64,000 bases of DNA from Schmidtea polychroa (Eukaryota), in assembly GCA_044892525.1 (NCBI GenBank), contig CM097885.1, positions 26,476,001 to 26,540,000 of the forward strand. Direction: 5' to 3'. The notes beneath the pieces are model-generated. The model worked only from the letters and a program-made list of their open reading frames with translations. It was not told where the DNA came from and did not search any database. The first letter of the stretch is position 1; every line of letters starts with the position of its first letter. Shown here piece after piece: positions 56,943-64,000 of the stretch. A program made the position numbers and the translations under genes.

Positions 56943-57063
56943 CTCGCGTCTGTGTGCGCACACTAACAAGATTCGGTCTAATCATACCGCGCACACAGAC
57001 GCGATACAAAACCCACCAAACAAACTGCCAGTCAGAGGTAAATGACATTCCCCCTCTGACTGG
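56943..57063. promoter_or_regulatory. GC-rich island with two inverted repeats upstream of the RING ORF
   Basis: 16-bp IR TCGCGTCTGTGTGCGC (56944-56959 / 56989-57004) and 11-bp IR CCAGTCAGAGG (57028-57038 / 57053-57063). Confidence 0.5.
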
Positions 57064-58179
57064 TCGAAACAAATAATAATGAAAAAGATAATTTAGTAAA
57101 CATGGTACATTATATGAAAATAATTTGAAAATAATTTTTATTATTATTATCAGGGCTAATTTGAGCCCTTCTGAGGCATTTGCAATAACCCAACGATGGT
57201 GTACATCTACTTTTTCATTGTCTACAGAAAATAAATTGACAAAGCATAAAAATTCAGAAAATATAAATTTAACTTATATTATAATTTTATTTAAAAGCTA
57301 TATAACTAGTATGTTATTCAACTAAATATATTGGAAGTATAATACGAAGTGGTAAAAATATTTAAATTTTCATTGTTTTAACTAAATTATATGTTTACTC
57401 TAAGAACTTATGTTATTTTTATATTTTTTATATTTGTTAAATTGAATTAATTAATATTAAGTATATTTTTATTTCATGACACGTAATTTTTCGATTCCCC
57501 AAAATTAGCCCAATGGAAACCTATGACCAAATTTTACTGTTGAAAATCGAAATTTCTATGATCATAAACGTTGTTCAAAATTATCCTAATGAAAATCTAT
57601 CTGTTTCCATGACCACAAAACTGCAAGTATTGCATACATAACTTTTTTCTGTAATTTTCTGAAATGAAATAATCTTACTATTTTTAAAATTATATTTGAT
57701 TAAGTAATTGTGACTATAATGAAATTTCTGTTTGTGATAAGAAATAATAGTATAATAGAGTAAATTCTTGATAACTGTCATACTTAATAAGTATCAAACT
57801 CAATAGCTATTTTGCTGCATAAATAAATCCTTTAAAAATGTATCGACAATTGATTCATTAAAATTCGAGAACTGTCACTCACTAGTTTGCTTCTTATTGA
57901 TTTTAAAAGATATTGATTTACTCCTTAGGACACTTATCGAAAATTTGCTGTATTTAGGAAAAAGATTAACTGTCATTATGTATTTATTGCGTAAAGGTGT
58001 TTATAAAATATAACCAATAATGACAAAAATTACAAAATCAATTAATTAAAAATATTATTTTATTTTAACTATAATTTATTCTTTTAAAAATAGCACTTTC
58101 CAAGTATTAAGTTTACAATTTAATATTCACAAATGGTAATTTTTCTTTTACAAAAGATATTATACTTACAAAAATTATT

Positions 58180-58525
58180 GAACTCGAGTGCAGAAATAAC
58201 TGACAGGTTCTTCATTATATGTGACATTACCCATTACAGGAAAAATGAAGAAAAAGATCAAATTATAATAGTAATTATATAATAATTAATGATTATAATA
58301 ATTATGTAACGAGTATATCTTTATTATCTTTATTAATATGCAACTATTTAAATTTTAAAACATCCAAAATATACATGCTTACAGCATTTTCGGATCCAAC
58401 GATCTTATCAATAACACTTTACAAATAACACGTTACCAATAATTATCAACATTTTTAAATAATAGTTTAAAATCAGACTTACCAATTTTCCCCCTCTATT
58501 TCTTATTGTGCTCACTAATATTGGC
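58180..58525 (-). mobile_element. Rearranged PLE GIY-YIG fragments (family D)
   Basis: Reverse complements of 58180-58260 and about 58380-58525 match 53676-53759 and the following C-terminal part. Confidence 0.65.
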
Positions 58526-58664
58526 CAATCTTTTCGGTTGACAGTGTACAAAGATGATGGTAGTCTCTTCAATGTACATGACTCAGAATCATTTACATGT
58601 AAATAATATTATTGTTAACGGTAAATTTAAGTTATTCTATAATTTTTAAAATCACTCTTATTAA

Positions 58665-58764
58665 GATTGTATTTATTAGAAAATTTTTGAGTATGAATCA
58701 GTAAAGATATCGATGTTTTTTTGATATTCACGAATTTTCCGCACAGCCTTTTTCAAGTGATTTT
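58665..58764 (-). repeat. Family A repeat copy
   Basis: Minus strand AAAATCACTTGAAAAAGGCTGTGCGGAAAATTCGTGAATATC. Confidence 0.8.
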
Positions 58765-59095
58765 TCACTTAACATACATGTAAATGATTTAATTATAAGA
58801 AAGTGGCACATACAAAATGAAGTGAATATTTTTGTTTTAAATGTTTTTAAATAGTATTTTATAAATTTTATTTATGGATTGTTGCTGTTAAAATATTAAA
58901 TTATTAAATTAGATAATTTTAAATTTCAATATTTTAAATTTTGTTTCTAATTGCTACATATTTAAAAATGATTTATTATTTAAATTATTATTTTTATAAT
59001 TTTTAAGAATAAAATATTTTTATTAAAATTTTAATATAATTATTATAATTAAAAAATTTTTTTCAAAATTCTATAATTTCTATAGTTATTAAATC

Positions 59096-59130
59096 CTACC
59101 TGATGATAACAGGAAACTGTTGAAATATTG
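59096..59130 (+). ncRNA. Hammerhead motif (family D), core and stem II intact
   Basis: CTGATGA-T-AACAG-GAAA-CTGTT-GAAA-TAT, preceded at about 58810-58850 by the PLE ORF tail sequence. Confidence 0.6.
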
Positions 59131-59518
59131 ATATATATACATTGATATTTTCATTCATTTTTTGAAAAAGCAGTGCCGAAAATTCTATAATATCAAATAA
59201 AAATTCACGGTCAATTTTTTAAACAATACTATCTCAATTGAAATGAAATCAGAGGTGAAAATTTAAAAAATTTCTTATAATATTTTACGTATGGACATTA
59301 TTTTTGGCTTTTGATTTTTGATTTTCGAAAATACTTATTTTGATTTTTTATAGGAATTTTCTTTTTTAAACGATATAATATTTGTTATTTAAAGAATTAA
59401 TTGACAGAACAATTCCATACTTGAGCACGTGTCTTTTGGATAAAATATTTTTTGTCATATTCCTAAAGATTTATCTATAGTATTAATAAATTTTCTTTGA
59501 TAATTTCATAATGAGTTT

Positions 59519-59558
59519 TATTATTATTATTATTATTATTATTATAATTATAATAATA

Positions 59559-59657
<99 letters not shown>
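59519..59657. repeat. (TTA)n microsatellite
   Basis: Direct observation. Confidence 0.97.
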
Positions 59658-60776
59658 TTCAATTTCATATTGCCAATGAAAATTTAAAAATTCCAATTAA
59701 TGGACTTGAATAAGATATGGGACCCCCAAGTGCTAGAACAATTTTTATTCATACGAATATTTAATTAAAATATAGAGAAAATTAATATTACTAATTAAAA
59801 TATAAATATGTAACTTCCTGAATCAGAAATTTGTTGTTGATAAATGACAGAAGTGATTTGGTCAAAGTAGTGTTTACATTGCTTTTAATTGAGATTTCGC
59901 CGAACGATTAGCGGAGTTTCTCTTGAAATATTAAATTTTTTTAGTCTACTTTATATTTTTTTCAGTGATTTCAACTGGCATATTTGTTGTCTTGATTTTC
60001 TAAAATTTTTACCATTGAGTTCAAATACCTTTTTTATTGCTTTTTTATAACTAATACATTAGGTTAGGCTGGATTTTCACTGATCCCGCCGAACCAGATT
60101 GATCTCAATTACCTGATATCCATTGTTATACAATAATCCTTTCGTTTACAGTATCAGTATACTTCTTGTCTGTAACCTTTCTACGCGCAACCTTTCAGTG
60201 TACTTTGTTACATTGTTTAACCTTTTATTATTTATTCCATATACTTCTCATTATATAGATATTCAAGGTTTATTCTGAAACCTAACTTATTGTTGACATT
60301 TTATCTCGTCGACTGACTTTTAGTCTTCAGTTGAACGAATGTTATTATATTTTCACCATATTTACTAATTGTAAGTACAAATATCATCAATTTAATAAAC
60401 TTTTAAAATTGGCCTAATCATGATTTTACCTTTTCGTTATTATTATCTCTTGGGGTACAAAAAAATTAAAATATAAGCATTACGGGAAAATACAAATAAA
60501 TTAATTTCAAGTGTTTGAATTGCAATACACTATCTCCAAATTTAACTTGCTATAACCAGAAAAAATCAACATTTCCAAATTGAATCTGCTATAAGCATTC
60601 ATGTGACATGGGTTAGATGATTAAGTTGCAAAAATGAATTAGACGAGTTAAAGAGCGTGTTTAATTATACTTTTGTGTATTGAATTATTCACGTGCTTTT
60701 GACTGTATCCCACAAATATGTATGTATGTATGCAAAGAGCAATGTTCGTTTTTTTGGTCTAGATCATTAGATCAAA

Positions 60777-60916
60777 ATCACTTGAAAAAACAGTGCCGAA
60801 TATTCGTGAATATCAAAAAACATCGATATCTTTACTAATTTATAGTCAAGCTTTTTAATAAATACAATGTCAATTGAAAAGAAATCAGCGGTGAAAATTG
60901 AAAAAAGTTCTTATAA
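60777..60916 (+). repeat. Near full-length family A repeat copy, followed by a family B fragment (60958-61000)
   Basis: ATCACTTGAAAAAACAGTGCCGAATATTCGTGAAT..GGTGAAAATTGAAAAAAGTTCTTATAA. Confidence 0.82.
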
Positions 60917-62234
60917 AGTTTTATATATATATATATGTGTGTGTGTAATAATAAAGATTGACAAGGACTATCTTATAGTCGAAAATATTTTCATTAAATA
61001 GATAGATAGATATATGCAATAGGTGTACACACCAACAACTATTATAGGTAATGTCATAGGTAATGAAACACACAATCTAGGGACATGCAGTTAAATCCAC
61101 AAGGAAACAACATAAGTTGATATTAAATATACCAGATACTATTAACACCCTGTTATTGTTCTATTTCATATAGCTAAACACAATGAGTTCTTTTAAGTAG
61201 TGAGAATTTACAATTGAATATAAATTCACTATTTAGTAAGTCAGAGTCTCGTTCGTGATCGGAAATTTTCTAATAAATCGCTCCCAGTCATCTTGGATTT
61301 TTAACGGAATATAAAAATTAATTTAAAAATAACTATTGTTTATAAGAACGATATTTAAAAGTTCCCATGAGAGAGAGAAAGCCAATGTTATCTTTTCATG
61401 AAACACCGCCTGAAAAAAACTTTATATCTATAGTCATTATTAAGTCAGCAAACTGTTGAATTTCGATGCAAATTTTGGCAAATGGACTTTTTTATTATCT
61501 ATGATAAAGAAATGTTAAGTAGTTCCCAGAGACCCCTTGTTTCTTAGAACATTAAAACAACCGATTAATATCATTAGGAATGTCAAACAACAAGGATAAG
61601 TGTTTCCAATTTGTTTATTCACATTCCGAATTTTCTTCATGAATAAAAATTATTATATACAATAATGGACATTTGCCCCTAATTTGTTTCATAGGAATTT
61701 CGGAAATCAAGATAAATTTAATTCAGATCTTCATTTAGATCTTTTTATCAAACTTTATTTCCCTAATATAATGCTTATTTTTGATGAAATATGTAAAATA
61801 AAATAACAACATTTGTCTTATTAAACAAACTTTCACTTTTAATTCTCCATTTTATAATTTTCTTTCCATGAAAATATTGGTAGAGGTGAAATGACAGAAA
61901 TGACAGTTTTACTATTATTTTATTCTCTTCAATTCAAAGTGGAGCACTAAATTCATTAATATAACACATTATTATGTCCGTTTATCAATAGAAGTCCAGT
62001 GGTTCATATTCCACCCTCTCGTTATTATTATTATATTATGCTTGATATACTTCTGCATGTTTACATGGTGAGTCTGTTGCCTTCGGTCTGTACGATAATG
62101 AAGCAAAGTAAGTTTTGGCTATTTTTTTAGATTCGAACAGCATAATTTGCAGTTCGAATCCAAAAATTTATATCAAAATAAAATATTATATGAAAACAAA
62201 AGTTTTCGATAACTTATTACATTATTATTGGTAA

Positions 62235-62655
62235 GACACCAATTTTAGTGAGCACAATAGAGGCTGTATGAGTAAAATAGACATGTCTGATTTTAAAATT
62301 TTATTATAATTTTTTATAATTTTTAATAATTATTGATAACGTGTAATATGTGAATCTCATTTGATAAGATCATTTAATCCCAAAATTAATGTGCAAAATG
62401 TTGTGAACACATTTGTGTTTTGAAATTTTTAAAATATTTTCGATGGAAAATTCAGTGCATGTGTATTATTGGTGCCGTTTTCAAATGTATTTAATGGTTA
62501 ATTTACTAGATTAAATAACTGTTTAAAATTTTTTTTTGTAATTTGTTTATTAAATCTATAATATTTATAGTTTTTTCTATCCAACCTGATAGTGACAGGT
62601 AAACTGTAGAAATATATCGTGAAACGTGGATTTCAATGGCGTTTTTTAATAATTA
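62235..62655 (+). mobile_element. PLE 3' fragment (family D) with a degenerate hammerhead at about 62586-62620
   Basis: Collinear with 53780-54150. Motif CTGATAGTGACAGGTAAACTGTAGAAATATATCGTG. Confidence 0.7.
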
Positions 62656-63434
62656 TTAAATTATATTTATTACATTATCATTACACGTCAACATTAATTT
62701 GTATGACAAGAGATCAACAAATATTTTAAGGCTAATTACGAGTTTTTAGCACAGTCTTTATCAGTTGTTGATAACATAAACTCTATCAAATTAAATGAGT
62801 TATCAAAACAAAATCCCTACTTACTATAGGGATATAATTTAAAAGGGTCTATGATATGGATATGGACCGTAAACAAAATTAATATTAAACATGTATAACA
62901 TACACAAACCTTTTAATAAAAAGTGTTTATTAGGTCAGGAGTACTTATTATAGTATATATAAAGATGATTTTAATGAAATATGTTCAAAAATATGAAAAA
63001 ATTTTATGTCAATTTATTTTCTGAAATAGATGGAATTTCATTTTAAAATGTTTTTAAAAATCTTAACAAAACATGAAAACAACAGTTGGAAATAATTCTC
63101 CGGTTCACATAATTGGTGTTGTTATTAATTTTAATCTATAATATTTATAAAAATATTAAAAATATTAAAAATAAAAATATCATAAAATTATAAAAATTAT
63201 AAAAATATTAAAATTTTGAATGAAAGAATACTAATTAATTTTTCCTAAAAAGGTTTTTGGTTTTCGGATGACTTACTGAATACAATTAACTTTATTACAG
63301 AAAATCTTTGACATCCATTTGCAAAAAAATATTGTAACTCATCATAACTTATATTTGAAGCAAATTACAGTTTTAAATAATAAATAATTAAAATTTTCAT
63401 TAATAGAACAATAATTTTTTATTTTTCTTTTCAG

Positions 63435-63467
63435 TCTTTCCAAAGTAAATTCACCATCAACAGTAAG
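63435..63467 (+). CDS. DGK zeta/iota-like micro-exon SFQSKFTINSK
   Basis: TTTCAG/GTATG boundaries, 33 nt. Matches GFQQKFTFHSK. Confidence 0.9.
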
Positions 63468-63528
63468 GTATGATATTTATTTTTAATTTTGTTTTTGTTT
63501 GTTTATGGAATTATTTTGATTGGAATAG

Positions 63529-63681
63529 GAAATTGTTGCTGTTCAGTGTAGTTGGTGTAAATCTCCATATCACAACAAAACTTTATGCTTTGCCACGTCT
63601 CTGTTAACAGAAGAATGTTCAAGAGGTCAACACTACGACAGCATTATCCCCCCATCATGGATAATAAAAATGGCAACGAAG
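63529..63681 (+). CDS. DGK zeta/iota-like exon EIVAVQCSWCKSPYHNK..IIPPSWIIKMATK (end of C1B)
   Basis: Follows a 61-nt intron; 153 nt in frame. Matches EIVAISCSWCKQAYHSK..VIPPTWI. Confidence 0.95.
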
Positions 63682-63744
63682 GTTAATAAAGTTTATTCAG
63701 TTTTAAAATGTTTATTTCCATTCATTCTTATATCGGGGTATATA

Positions 63745-64000
63745 CTACGTGTTTATTCTCATTGATACTGTTGGAACCAAAGGTGATATTTGTTTTTGCA
63801 TACGATCAGCAATACCAGGATACATTGTCGAACCACTTGATAAGATCGTATTCCTATATAAATCTTTACGAATATCTTCATTGCATTTTATCATGATATT
63901 ATAAGTCGCATCATGAATACCAACAGTTTCCTTTCCAAAGAATGATTCCTGGAACAAAAGCTTCTGGACATCTTAATCCTTCATATCCAATGGTAATAAC
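63745..64000 (-). pseudogene. Actin pseudogene fragment (runs off window)
   Basis: [14 protein letters not shown], a frameshift, then [41 protein letters not shown], and a premature end. Confidence 0.9.

Overview
Very AT-rich eukaryotic genomic DNA with spliceosomal GT-AG introns. The repeat content is planarian/flatworm-like, but the organism is only an inference. The one clear host gene is a + strand type IV diacylglycerol kinase (DGK zeta/iota-like). Seven in-frame coding exons between 19677 and 63681 encode a long N-terminus plus both C1 domains, and the gene continues past the window end. Introns and flanks hold many mobile elements: a Gypsy LTR retrotransposon interrupted by a near-intact hAT transposon with a perfect 8-bp TSD, a deleted hAT, two Merlin-type elements, a Stowaway/DD39D-type mariner, piggyBac and hAT MITEs, and many Penelope-like element (PLE) fragments. 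Other features are a proteasome alpha-3 (PSMA4-like) pseudogene, an actin pseudogene fragment, a divergent 28S rRNA fragment, an intronless RING gene and large (AAT)n, (TA)n and minisatellite arrays. Two observations stand out. First, at least four short repeat families carry minimal hammerhead-ribozyme motifs, including a high-copy family with a compensatory U3-A8 core and copies arranged as inverted pairs. Second, a 21-nt palindromic motif sits at a similar distance upstream of two unrelated intronless ubiquitin-proteasome genes. All homologies were recognised by eye; no searches were run.
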